Positions 48,541 through 57,608 of a stretch of DNA of 64,000 nt are shown here, one piece after another. Positions within the stretch are counted from its first letter, which is position 1. The number at the start of each line of letters is the position of its first letter. The stretch lies in the sequence record NC_071015.1. One strand, written 5' to 3'. The notes below the pieces were generated by a model. The model was not told the origin of the DNA, did no database searches, and saw nothing but the letters and a program-made list of their open reading frames with translations. A program made the translations under genes and the position numbers.

Positions 48541-48894
48541 CCGCCTATAGCGCGCTTAAGAAGGGTATACCAGTTGACATCCAGGGATTGTAAGACCTTC
48601 CAGTGCCGTGTGTGGCGATTGGGAAGGCGACAACCCCCGTGCAGCTTTCACCTGTTGCGGGGGATTAAATCCAAGAGTGAACGGCGACTTAAGTTCGCTA
48701 CTGTAAGTAGCTCTTGGTGGGTGGGACCTCTGAAAGGAAGAGGTGCTGTCGCAACGCGTTTGATAGAATGTCCAGTAGCATAAGCTGAATGCATCTCCGG
48801 CGTAATCGTCGGGACTATGTTGGTAGAACCCGAACTCCAACCTGGGCGGTTATAAAAAACAATATCTATCTTAACTGGGAACGTTGTACCCTTT
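48541..48894 (+). ncRNA. Candidate large structured RNA
   Basis: Several local hairpins plus long-range helices in a region without a credible ORF. Strand assumed from neighbours and G-U wobble pairs. Confidence 0.5.
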
Positions 48895-49183
48895 ATCCTT
48901 AACCTTTTTGTGCCAGCAGTCGAATTCAGAATAAGCTACAAACTACATCATACCTGACGATGAGCCTATTCCTGATCGAACTGATTTGGCACATCTCTTT
49001 AGAGTGGTCATTAATTGATCATTCTTACCCGCTTGGGGGTTCTGAACGAAAGCGACATATCTACCGTTATACAGCGCTGATGCTCACAACGGTTCAGAAG
49101 GGACTTGATAGTCTTCCTTTACGCGATATCGGAACCCCCAACCACATCTACATGACGGTATAGTGTAGATCCCATGGGGTGGG

Positions 49184-49287
49184 GCGTCGAAACATCTGAA
49201 GAGTCCATCGACGAGATAAATAATGTGGACGAAACGGGTTTCACTACTAGGTATTCCAGTTACCTCAGTGAAACCGTCATGTCGAGC
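49184..49287 (+). ncRNA. Type I hammerhead ribozyme
   Basis: CUGAAGA (49196-49202), stem II GUCCA/UGGAC, GAAA (49231-49234), stem III, GUC cleavage triplet (49276-49278), stem I ACAU/AUGU. Confidence 0.88.
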
Positions 49288-49647
49288 TGTGCCTTAACCG
49301 TGAGCAGCAACCGAGGGGAAACCAAGGTTAAAAAGAAGCGTTATAAGGAATGGGTTAAATGTTAGCAGGATTGGACAACCTTTTGGAATCCTTTTCTGCT
49401 TGGGCAACATTAATCACATTCATAACAAACGGTCCGCTCTTTGCCCGAGAGAAGTTGTTGACATCAATGTAGACAGCCCTTTGAAGATTTGGTTTGTAGC
49501 TTGGGGTTGCTCCCAATCTGCCTATCGAGTCTTTCTTGGAGTGTTTGCCATGACACCTTACATATCCCCTACTCTGCCTAATGGTGGGGTAGGGGTTTAT
49601 GTTTGCCTTTTGATCTTTTGTAAGCTTACAAAAAGAAAGGAACATTT

Positions 49648-50493
49648 ATGAACCCAGTTGATTTCTCAATTGACTATGTCATGAATGGTGCGAATAACAT
49701 TAGCGAATATTTGCTCAAGCTGGCCTTTGAAAACCCCAACAACGGGTACGGGGCAGTATGGGGATCCATTAATAATGAATTCTCCATTGAGCAAGGTATT
49801 CGTGAAAAGGTTATCTTGAAGATGGTCGCTCCGATGCTCCAAGTGGCAGGCGGAACAACCGAGATTATCGATCTCTCCAGTGCACTGATCAATAATCTTC
49901 AAGGCGGCATCATTCATGTTAACGTCCCCGATTTCTTAACCGGTGGACGGCGTATCCTGGAAGTGGTTGAAGTTTATCCGGGTAATATCAATCGTGCTAT
50001 TACTAGCGGATACAATTTCTCTAACTACGCCAGCTGCGGTGCTGGACAAATTAACAACTCCTTAAACCGTCTGATCAACGGTCTGGATGATGGTAATGTT
50101 CAGCGTACATTCACAAGCTTCACGATTGTCGGAAACAACTCCTTCCTGATTCGTGATGCTGGCTCGGCATTGTTCAACATGCTGGCCAAAGTCATTCTCT
50201 CGTATGACGACAACTTCTCTGTTGTTCCTGTGAAGATGTACGACAAGTTTTATGAGCTTGTTGAGTTAGGGGTGAAAGCCTACATCTATAAGAAGTGTAA
50301 ACGAGGAATGCAAGAAGCGGTCTCTCGTTTCGGTGTTACCGTTGATGACTTGCAAGATGATCTGCAAGAGTTCTCCAGTGCGGCTCAAGAGTTCAAAGAG
50401 TTCTATGAGACCCAGATGAAGAAATACATGGCGTACGCTGATCCGAAAGGTAAAGCTGATCAAATTAAGATGATTACTCCGAGGAAACGGTAA
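49648..50493 (+). CDS. Probable virion structural protein
   Basis: 281 aa, RBS AAGGAA; head of the plus-strand operon. Confidence 0.6.
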   Translation: MNPVDFSIDYVMNGANNISEYLLKLAFENPNNGYGAVWGSINNEFSIEQGIREKVILKMVAPMLQVAGGTTEIIDLSSALINNLQGGIIHVNVPDFLTGGRRILEVVEVYPGNINRAITSGYNFSNYASCGAGQINNSLNRLINGLDDGNVQRTFTSFTIVGNNSFLIRDAGSALFNMLAKVILSYDDNFSVVPVKMYDKFYELVELGVKAYIYKKCKRGMQEAVSRFGVTVDDLQDDLQEFSSAAQEFKEFYETQMKKYMAYADPKGKADQIKMITPRKR

Positions 50494-51974
50494 TGGCTGC
50501 TAAAACTATGTTTCCTGACGGGATGATCGGATATCGTTTCCTGGAACTCACGGAAGAAGAGAAGTACGAACGTCAGATGGCGGATCCGGAACTTGTTGAA
50601 TTGTTAGCGGGTATTGAAAGCGCTAGCAATAATACGGTCAGTCTGTTTGAACCGGCTTTGAAATTCAACAGCTTTGGCGGGATGGAGTCATTCACTCAAC
50701 TTCCGGCTTTTGTTGCCGGAATGGAAGCCTTATCACCTAACTTCAATTATAATCGAGACAATGCCGTTAAGGATGTCTTTGATCAGTTGGACGACGGTGA
50801 GCTCATGATTAACCCTCGTTGGGTTTCCCGGCTACGTTCCTTTGTGTATGGCTTTGCGACTAAGAACAACGAACACACCGAGTTCTTTGGTTCCCCGTTC
50901 TTAGGGACCCACCGGGTGGTCTTTAAATCAGAGGACCGCCAGACGTTCTTTAAAGATATTTTCGATATCGATGAAATCCGTCTGCGCGATGAGTTGATCA
51001 AGACCAAATGGATCAACAAAGACTTTAAAGTCTCGTCCGATGCCTTTAACCTGACCATTGTTTACCTGATGTACCGGGTATGGAATTCTGATCTGGCGAA
51101 GAACATGAAAGAGGAGGCGTTGATCAACTTGATCATGCTTTTCCATTATCGTATTCTGACCTCGATCATGAACTACTACTTCGGGTATCTGGTTAAACCG
51201 AAGGTAGCGACTGCCGCGTATAACAAGCTGTCTCTGAAGTTTGATATCAAGCGTTATAACTCATGGTCTGATCTTTTCCGTGCCCGTGCTGAATTCATTA
51301 TCAACCCGCGTACCGGTATTCACTTTGATACCTTTACCAAGATGGACAATGACAAGAAAATCGTGTACATGGTCAACGACATGGAGTCTCGCCTCAAAGG
51401 GGTAATCAACGATTACACCAAAGTGTTGTACGAGGTTAAAGACTCCGTAGACCTGGTAGAAACCGATTCAGGGTTGGCAGTGCTGGACGGTGAGCTGAAC
51501 ATTAAAGACGTACAAAAACGAGAGACCCGTTATAAAGGGTATATCGCAAATGTCCTTAATGATAAGAACAGTTTCTTTAAACAGGAGCTGGTAACTTATG
51601 CAGCCGAAGCAATTCAGCGTACTGACCAGGATAAGCTTGAAATGATTATCCGCGAATTCCCTGCACAGTACGCCCATGACAAAGGTGAGAAATATCGGGA
51701 GTTTGTTGACGACGTAACGACACACATGTTTGAATACCTCGCAACGAACTCAATCCGTCATAACGATTTGAAGAACGTATTCTTTAAAATTCGTGGGGCG
51801 TATACATCCAGTAAATCCACCAACGCGTTATTGCTGAAGCTAAGAAACAACGGCGATGAGATCGTTAAGGCAATGACCGGGATCAAGACGGAGATTAAGA
51901 TCACGTCCCTGCGTACCAGCCTGATGCTCTACATCGTGTTACGTACTTTGGTTATGGATGCAATGGTGAATTAA
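50493..51974 (+). CDS. Probable virion head protein
   Basis: 493 aa; repeated G-x-E sites in the N-terminus (GIES, GMES, GMEA). Confidence 0.6.
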   Translation: MAAKTMFPDGMIGYRFLELTEEEKYERQMADPELVELLAGIESASNNTVSLFEPALKFNSFGGMESFTQLPAFVAGMEALSPNFNYNRDNAVKDVFDQLDDGELMINPRWVSRLRSFVYGFATKNNEHTEFFGSPFLGTHRVVFKSEDRQTFFKDIFDIDEIRLRDELIKTKWINKDFKVSSDAFNLTIVYLMYRVWNSDLAKNMKEEALINLIMLFHYRILTSIMNYYFGYLVKPKVATAAYNKLSLKFDIKRYNSWSDLFRARAEFIINPRTGIHFDTFTKMDNDKKIVYMVNDMESRLKGVINDYTKVLYEVKDSVDLVETDSGLAVLDGELNIKDVQKRETRYKGYIANVLNDKNSFFKQELVTYAAEAIQRTDQDKLEMIIREFPAQYAHDKGEKYREFVDDVTTHMFEYLATNSIRHNDLKNVFFKIRGAYTSSKSTNALLLKLRNNGDEIVKAMTGIKTEIKITSLRTSLMLYIVLRTLVMDAMVN

Positions 51975-52585
51975 TGAAAGGCAAGTATGGGGTCATTGAG
52001 GGATTAGATTTTGCCGGAAAATCCGAACTGGCAAAAGCAGTAGCAGAACGGTTAGGTTGGGCATTGGTCAGTGAGCCCTATACAGGGAACGAACATGCCG
52101 CCGAAGTGAAGCGCATGAATAATGCCAATTACTTACCCAAGCATTACGAGATGATGATGATCATCGCTGGTCGAATTGACTGCTTTAACGATGTGATCGC
52201 TGCACATCGCGATACCGGTTTAATCTCTGATCGTAATGTGGTAAGTTCTATGGTATATCAATCCACTGAACAGTTCCCGTTGTACGATGTGTTGTCTATG
52301 AACGACAAGGCATTGCTGTTAGCTGGACATGATATCTATCCGGACTATCTCTTCTTCCTTGATATCCCACACTCGGTCTTCTTGGACAGACTGGCTAACT
52401 GCAACCGACCTATCGATGAAAAAGATATTTGGTTAAAAGATAAAGCCAATTGGGATACCTTACGTCAGAAGTATCTTGAGTCCCTGGAACTGATGAGCCT
52501 TGCTGGAGTGACTGTTCATCAGATCGATGAACACACTACCGTGGACGAAATGGTTTATCTGCTCGGCGAACTAAAAAATAAATAA
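51974..52585 (+). CDS. tmk: Thymidylate (dTMP) kinase
   Basis: P-loop IEGLDFAGKS, xEP and DR-x3-SS-x-VYQ motifs. Confidence 0.88.
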   Translation: MKGKYGVIEGLDFAGKSELAKAVAERLGWALVSEPYTGNEHAAEVKRMNNANYLPKHYEMMMIIAGRIDCFNDVIAAHRDTGLISDRNVVSSMVYQSTEQFPLYDVLSMNDKALLLAGHDIYPDYLFFLDIPHSVFLDRLANCNRPIDEKDIWLKDKANWDTLRQKYLESLELMSLAGVTVHQIDEHTTVDEMVYLLGELKNK

Positions 52586-52630
52586 GTCATAGTCCCCTAC
52601 CCACTCCGTGAGGAGGGGTAGGGGTTATGT

Positions 52631-53089
52631 TTATTGATCTTTGCCTTCGGCTTCTCTTACAGAACGGACTGCTCGACCGGTCATGGAGATTAGAAATGTT
52701 TTCATTTCCCCATTGGCCAGCAACTGTGCTGCTACATCCGGACTGAGTTTGTTCCACTCAACCGTATCCAGGATCGCATCTTCAATCGCTTTGCTAAGCT
52801 GAATGCTCAGGCCAGTGATCATACCCAGTGCCATGTTAGCAAACTGCTTAGAAATTGCGATCAGGTTCTGACGTGATGGATCTGCCGGATCAACCGGAAT
52901 CTCTTTATCAAAGATCATGATAAAGAACCCAAACAGGCCGCCTTGAATAGTTTCTGGTGCAACCCCACTGGAACGGCAAACATCCACCAATTTGTGAATG
53001 TCTTTAGTGCCTAATTTTTCTACCTGAGCCTGGCCAAACACTTTAGCCAAAGAAATCATGAAACCTTGAACTTCATCTGCGTATGACAT
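52631..53089 (-). CDS. Hypothetical protein
   Basis: 152 aa with RBS GAGG. Confidence 0.6.
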   Translation of the reverse strand: MSYADEVQGFMISLAKVFGQAQVEKLGTKDIHKLVDVCRSSGVAPETIQGGLFGFFIMIFDKEIPVDPADPSRQNLIAISKQFANMALGMITGLSIQLSKAIEDAILDTVEWNKLSPDVAAQLLANGEMKTFLISMTGRAVRSVREAEGKDQ

Positions 53090-53090
53090 A

Positions 53091-53516
53091 TTAACCTCTG
53101 TTGCAAAATTTGTAAGCCATCAGACCGACGGACTCGTTGTGTAAACATGCATCAATCGCGCTGGCCGGTAACAGCTTATCAGCAATTGAAGTGCGAATAA
53201 AATCAAAGTAAGCTTTTAAGTTACCTTCACGATAGCCGGCTACAGCTGCACGACCATATTCGCGCAGGTTAGCGCCTAATGGGGAACCTTTCTCCAGCGG
53301 AAGCAGTTGATCAACTGCCACCCATTGAGCCGCCATGAAGATTTGACCTTCTTTGCTAGCCGGATCAAAGTTAGCTTCTTTTGCGTTTAGCTCCAGTGCT
53401 TCAAACGGAAGGGTTTTAAAGGCAATTTTACTGCGAGTACCAGAGATGTTTAAACCGCTCAGTAATTCAAACAGAGCGGATTCAGTTGCAGCGAAGTCAT
53501 TGTTAATAGTGTTCAT
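53091..53516 (-). CDS. Hypothetical protein
   Basis: 141 aa with RBS. Confidence 0.6.
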   Translation of the reverse strand: MNTINNDFAATESALFELLSGLNISGTRSKIAFKTLPFEALELNAKEANFDPASKEGQIFMAAQWVAVDQLLPLEKGSPLGANLREYGRAAVAGYREGNLKAYFDFIRTSIADKLLPASAIDACLHNESVGLMAYKFCNRG

Positions 53517-53572
53517 GATCTCTTCCTTATTAATTTTAATTTAAGATTAAAGTGGTTAACAGGGTATTACAG

Positions 53573-53863
53573 TTACTGAATGATGGTACGAACTTTGTGA
53601 CAAGCAGCCAGCAGAGTGGTAGCGTCCCGCATTGCAGGAAGAGATGCCGCACCCATTGCACGGTTCAGACGCGTTCTGAAAAACGCTCTGAGATTATCCA
53701 ATGTGGACAGTTGATCTTCTTTAGACAGACCCACTAACTGCTCCATGATTTCACCGGCACGGAAATTCATTGTGGCGACCATGTCGGTAGCTTTCTGAGA
53801 CTGTACGTTCATTGTGTTCATGATAAATCCTCTAAGGTAGTTAAATATGTTTGTGCTATACAC
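53573..53863 (-). CDS. Small hypothetical early protein
   Basis: Start probably MNTMNV near 53821; promoter motif at 53869-53876. Confidence 0.55.
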   Translation of the reverse strand: MYSTNIFNYLRGFIMNTMNVQSQKATDMVATMNFRAGEIMEQLVGLSKEDQLSTLDNLRAFFRTRLNRAMGAASLPAMRDATTLLAACHKVRTIIQ

Positions 53864-53957
53864 ATTGGTAATATAGGTCTGAAAAGGAATCCAACTGAAT
53901 TGTGAGTAATACTTTGTAAGGCTCTATAACGAGCTATAACAGTATGCTTGCCTGTAA

Positions 53958-56288
53958 GTGAGGAAATCCCCTATGAATAAATTAGATGTCGCCAAGAAGG
54001 TTATGGCGCATTTAGGGCTTAAGTATACAAGCTTGCCCAATTACCTAATGGACGATAAGAATAAACGTACCGAACTCAAAGAAGAAGACGAACGTATTCT
54101 TGCCCATTATGAAGAAGACAGCCTGTGGACCATTAAGACGGTTCGGTTCTTAAAAGACTTTCAGCGCTACCGTGCTGGGGTACATTTAGAGACCACAAAC
54201 AAATCGTTCTTACGTACGGCTGAGATCTTCCGCAAGATGGGGGTGAAGAACTATTACTTCATGCTCCAGCTCAATAACCCGTTATTAAGAGACGTGGATC
54301 CGTGGGATCCTAATCTCACCGATGCACAGCGGACCATGGTGCTAAACGAATGTAACGAAAACATTTGGTACATCATTCGTGAGGTGGTGGTCATTGGTGG
54401 TCGGCGTTTCCGTGGTAACCGTGCGGTACTGTCATTTATTTGGTCATGTCTGTGCCATATCCCAACTACCATTCTGATGCCTCGTCAGTCAGGTAAAACA
54501 GTAGGGATGCAAGTCCTGGCTTTCATCATGCAGTACTTCATTGGACGTGGGTACCGTACCGGGTTAATCACCCTGGCGGCTTCTAACCGAATGCAGTTTA
54601 TTGAAGCCATCAAAAAGATTCGTGCAGGTCTTCCTGATTACCTCATCAATATCACTTATAAAGATAAAGATGCGGGTAACGTTCTGTCATACGAAGCGTT
54701 CGGTGTAGAGAACAAAAACACCTTCGAGGTACGTGTTCCCTCTGGCGGTCGTGACGGCGCAGAGAACGTATCGCGTGGTGCGACACTTGAAGCCCTCTTG
54801 TATGACGAACCGGCATGGACCAAGTTCATTGAGGAGATTATCAACGGCTCGGGTCCTGCGACCCTGACTGCACAAAAAGAAGCCCGTGAAAAAGGGATCC
54901 CTTACTTTACTGCCAAAGCCACCACCCCTAACTCGATTTTGAAAGAGGAAGGGAAATACATGCACGACGACTTCATGGACTCTACGGAGTGGCGTGAAGT
55001 GTTCTTTGACAGTTTCTCTGAATCTCATCTGGTCGAGCGTTTAATCAAAGCAGCACCGATCAAAACCACGTCACCTAAAGTTGGGATGATGTTTACACAC
55101 CTGCAACTTGGCTTTGGTCATGCGTGGGTGAAAGAGACCATGGACAAACTGGGTCTGTCGTGGTCAAAGGCAAAAATTGACTTATTGATGATGTGGACCG
55201 AAGAAGGGATGAACAAACTCTTCGACGACTTCACTCGTGAGAAGTTAGCCGAATGTAAAGAAGAGCATGTGTGGAATGAGGAGATCAATGACACAGGTCT
55301 GTTCGTTGACTGGTTCATTGATAAAGAAGGGCTGGATTATTACATCGGTAATGAAGATGAATATATCCTGCTTGGAATGGATACCTCGGATGCAAACAAC
55401 CGAGATGCGGTGACTCTGGTACTGCGTCGAATGAAGACCGGGGAGAACATTGCGACGGGCCGTTATCCACTCGCCTTCTTGGATGACGTGACGGATGTGT
55501 TAAAAGAGCTGTTGATTCGTATCCCCAATAGCTTGCTCGTTATCGAGCGTAACCGCGCGGCCCACATGATCGAGCGTCTGCTGTTAACCTTGCCGGCCTA
55601 TGGTATTGACCCGTTCCGGCGTATTTATAATGATATTGTTAACGATCCGATTAAATACAAGAACGAGTTTCGTGACGTGCAGGAAGTGCACTTTAAAAAT
55701 CGTACTAAGGAATTCTACCTTAAATACAAAGGCAAGTTCGGGTTCTATACGGGCCCTGAATCACGTCGTCGTATGTACGGGTTTATTCACGAAGCCATTG
55801 CCATGACCGGTTCTGGTATTCGTTATAAACTGCTGGTCGATGAGTTGATCGGATTAGAAGTGGATAAAGACGGTCGTATTGATCACCGTAGCGGTGGACA
55901 CGATGACTTAGTCATTGCCTGGCTTCTGACCTATGACTTTATCAAAGTGGGGTATAACAAATCGTATTACGGTATTCCACAGGGGATGGCGTTAACGGAA
56001 ATCAAATCGTTGAAAGACACGGCTGATTCTCCGAAGTACACCCGTAACCAATTGGAAGTCTTCATCAAGATTAAAGAACGCATTAACAACTTGACTAAGG
56101 AGTTGATGCAATCGGATAACAATACCATTGCGGTGCGTATTGAGATGGAGATCCGTAAACTTTCTGAGTTCCTGCCAAAGGAAATGAAGAAGACGATTAC
56201 TATCGATGAGATTATTGAAGGAGCGAAACAAGAGCGTAACAAACGTGCCATTGAATCGCGCAAACGCAGTAGCCGTCGATATTACTAA
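53958..56288 (+). CDS. Terminase large subunit (phiKZ gp25-like)
   Basis: Walker A MPRQSGKT, Walker B LLYDE, nuclease motifs LGMDTS and HDDLVIAW. Confidence 0.93.
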   Translation: MRKSPMNKLDVAKKVMAHLGLKYTSLPNYLMDDKNKRTELKEEDERILAHYEEDSLWTIKTVRFLKDFQRYRAGVHLETTNKSFLRTAEIFRKMGVKNYYFMLQLNNPLLRDVDPWDPNLTDAQRTMVLNECNENIWYIIREVVVIGGRRFRGNRAVLSFIWSCLCHIPTTILMPRQSGKTVGMQVLAFIMQYFIGRGYRTGLITLAASNRMQFIEAIKKIRAGLPDYLINITYKDKDAGNVLSYEAFGVENKNTFEVRVPSGGRDGAENVSRGATLEALLYDEPAWTKFIEEIINGSGPATLTAQKEAREKGIPYFTAKATTPNSILKEEGKYMHDDFMDSTEWREVFFDSFSESHLVERLIKAAPIKTTSPKVGMMFTHLQLGFGHAWVKETMDKLGLSWSKAKIDLLMMWTEEGMNKLFDDFTREKLAECKEEHVWNEEINDTGLFVDWFIDKEGLDYYIGNEDEYILLGMDTSDANNRDAVTLVLRRMKTGENIATGRYPLAFLDDVTDVLKELLIRIPNSLLVIERNRAAHMIERLLLTLPAYGIDPFRRIYNDIVNDPIKYKNEFRDVQEVHFKNRTKEFYLKYKGKFGFYTGPESRRRMYGFIHEAIAMTGSGIRYKLLVDELIGLEVDKDGRIDHRSGGHDDLVIAWLLTYDFIKVGYNKSYYGIPQGMALTEIKSLKDTADSPKYTRNQLEVFIKIKERINNLTKELMQSDNNTIAVRIEMEIRKLSEFLPKEMKKTITIDEIIEGAKQERNKRAIESRKRSSRRYY

Positions 56289-56343
56289 CAAAAAAAAAGA
56301 AAGCATAGTCCTCTACTCCCCAATTGGGGAGTAGAGGTTATGT

Positions 56344-56874
56344 TTATGATCCGAGGTGAAGTTCTAATTGTCCATTAAGAATGGACTTAGCGAAATAGCT
56401 AATGGCGATCTCTGTAACTTCTTCCAGCGCTTTTTCCAGCGATCCGTCAGGACTGACAGTAAGTAAGCCCAACACCTGCATTCCATCCGTTATTCGGATT
56501 TCCATCATCGGTGCGATAGACAGCTTTGAAATCTTAATAAGAATATTTTCAATTTCTACTTCCCCTTCTTCTTTTGGAATTTGAGAAGAGATTACCCAGG
56601 CAGATCGTTTAGCTTGACGATACGCTAAGCCCTCAAACATTTCCATAATAAGCAGATTCAGTCTAGGGTAGTCCGGGAGAATCGCCAAAATGTCATTAGG
56701 GACGTGGCCCAAATAAACGTTGTCGATATAAACAACCACCCCGTTAAACGTACTGGTGATTTGTTTACAAACCAGGATATTATCCTGAATAAAATGCTCA
56801 TTTTTGGTTGTGTTAAAACGAGCATTAAAAATGGCAGTAGAAATTTGGTTCACAAGTTGGGCGGTAATAAGCAT
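56344..56874 (-). CDS. Hypothetical protein, probable paralog of 56936..57496
   Basis: Colinear similar motifs along the whole length. Confidence 0.6.
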   Translation of the reverse strand: MLITAQLVNQISTAIFNARFNTTKNEHFIQDNILVCKQITSTFNGVVVYIDNVYLGHVPNDILAILPDYPRLNLLIMEMFEGLAYRQAKRSAWVISSQIPKEEGEVEIENILIKISKLSIAPMMEIRITDGMQVLGLLTVSPDGSLEKALEEVTEIAISYFAKSILNGQLELHLGS

Positions 56875-56935
56875 TGGTATTCTCCATTCATTTTAAACAT
56901 TAAAGAGTGTGGTAATCAACGTGAATAGCGCTGTG

Positions 56936-57496
56936 TTAATCTACCATGTTGCGGATATGAATTTCACCAGGAAGAATCTCAAAAATAAACCCTTCACCAA
57001 AACACTTGTCAAGAACAATAGCTCGGATGGATTGCCCTATCATGAGCTCAGCATTTAACTGATCCTGAACGTGGAACGGAAGTTGGACCATCAGCTGGTC
57101 ATTAAAACAGACGGTCCAAATATCTATAGGACCAATTTCAATGGTTTTCTTTAAAACCTTAAATCCATATTTGTTAAAATCCCAATTGAATTCTTTACAC
57201 TCAGCGGTGATATTCTGGGCGTGTTGATATGCGACACTTTTTGCCAACAGAGTAAAGAGCTCTTTAAGACGATCTTCTAAATCATTCAGGTCACGAGTGT
57301 CACTGATTGTTCCAATAGAAACGCCGTGAATAAAAAGATCTGTTACAGTTTGATACGTCAAAACTTTCTTGACCAAGATGGCATTATTACCCAAATCCAC
57401 CCAACTTTGATCATCATAAGCAGGACCGTTGATAAACTTAGCGTTTCCCTTAATAGCCTTTGCCAGAGCCTGGATGGTGGGTTTGTTTATTTGCAT
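56936..57496 (-). CDS. Hypothetical early protein, probable paralog of 56344..56874
   Basis: RBS GAGG; promoter motif at 57540-57547. Confidence 0.6.
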   Translation of the reverse strand: MQINKPTIQALAKAIKGNAKFINGPAYDDQSWVDLGNNAILVKKVLTYQTVTDLFIHGVSIGTISDTRDLNDLEDRLKELFTLLAKSVAYQHAQNITAECKEFNWDFNKYGFKVLKKTIEIGPIDIWTVCFNDQLMVQLPFHVQDQLNAELMIGQSIRAIVLDKCFGEGFIFEILPGEIHIRNMVD

Positions 57497-57608
57497 TATT
57501 TAATCCTCAAGTTAAATAGGTTTCAGATATACACGCTAATAATATCTACCTCAAATTAAATACACATATAAACCCCCTACCCCTCCTTTCGGAAGAGTAG
57601 GGAAGTTG

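Noticed and set aside
48954-49052. CTGACGA and a downstream CGAAA as a possible second hammerhead
   Set aside because: No stem II can form between the base after CUGACGA and the base before GAAA.
48800-49120. GGGACTA and GATAGTC as group I intron P7 (R/S) elements; AGAACCCG as an RNase P motif
   Set aside because: No P/Q elements, no interrupted gene and no GAGGAAAGUC; each motif has a better local pairing partner.
49174-49365. 63-aa plus-strand ORF over the ribozyme, and other short ORFs in 48538-49651
   Set aside because: No RBS or protein-like features; the sequence is better explained by RNA structure.
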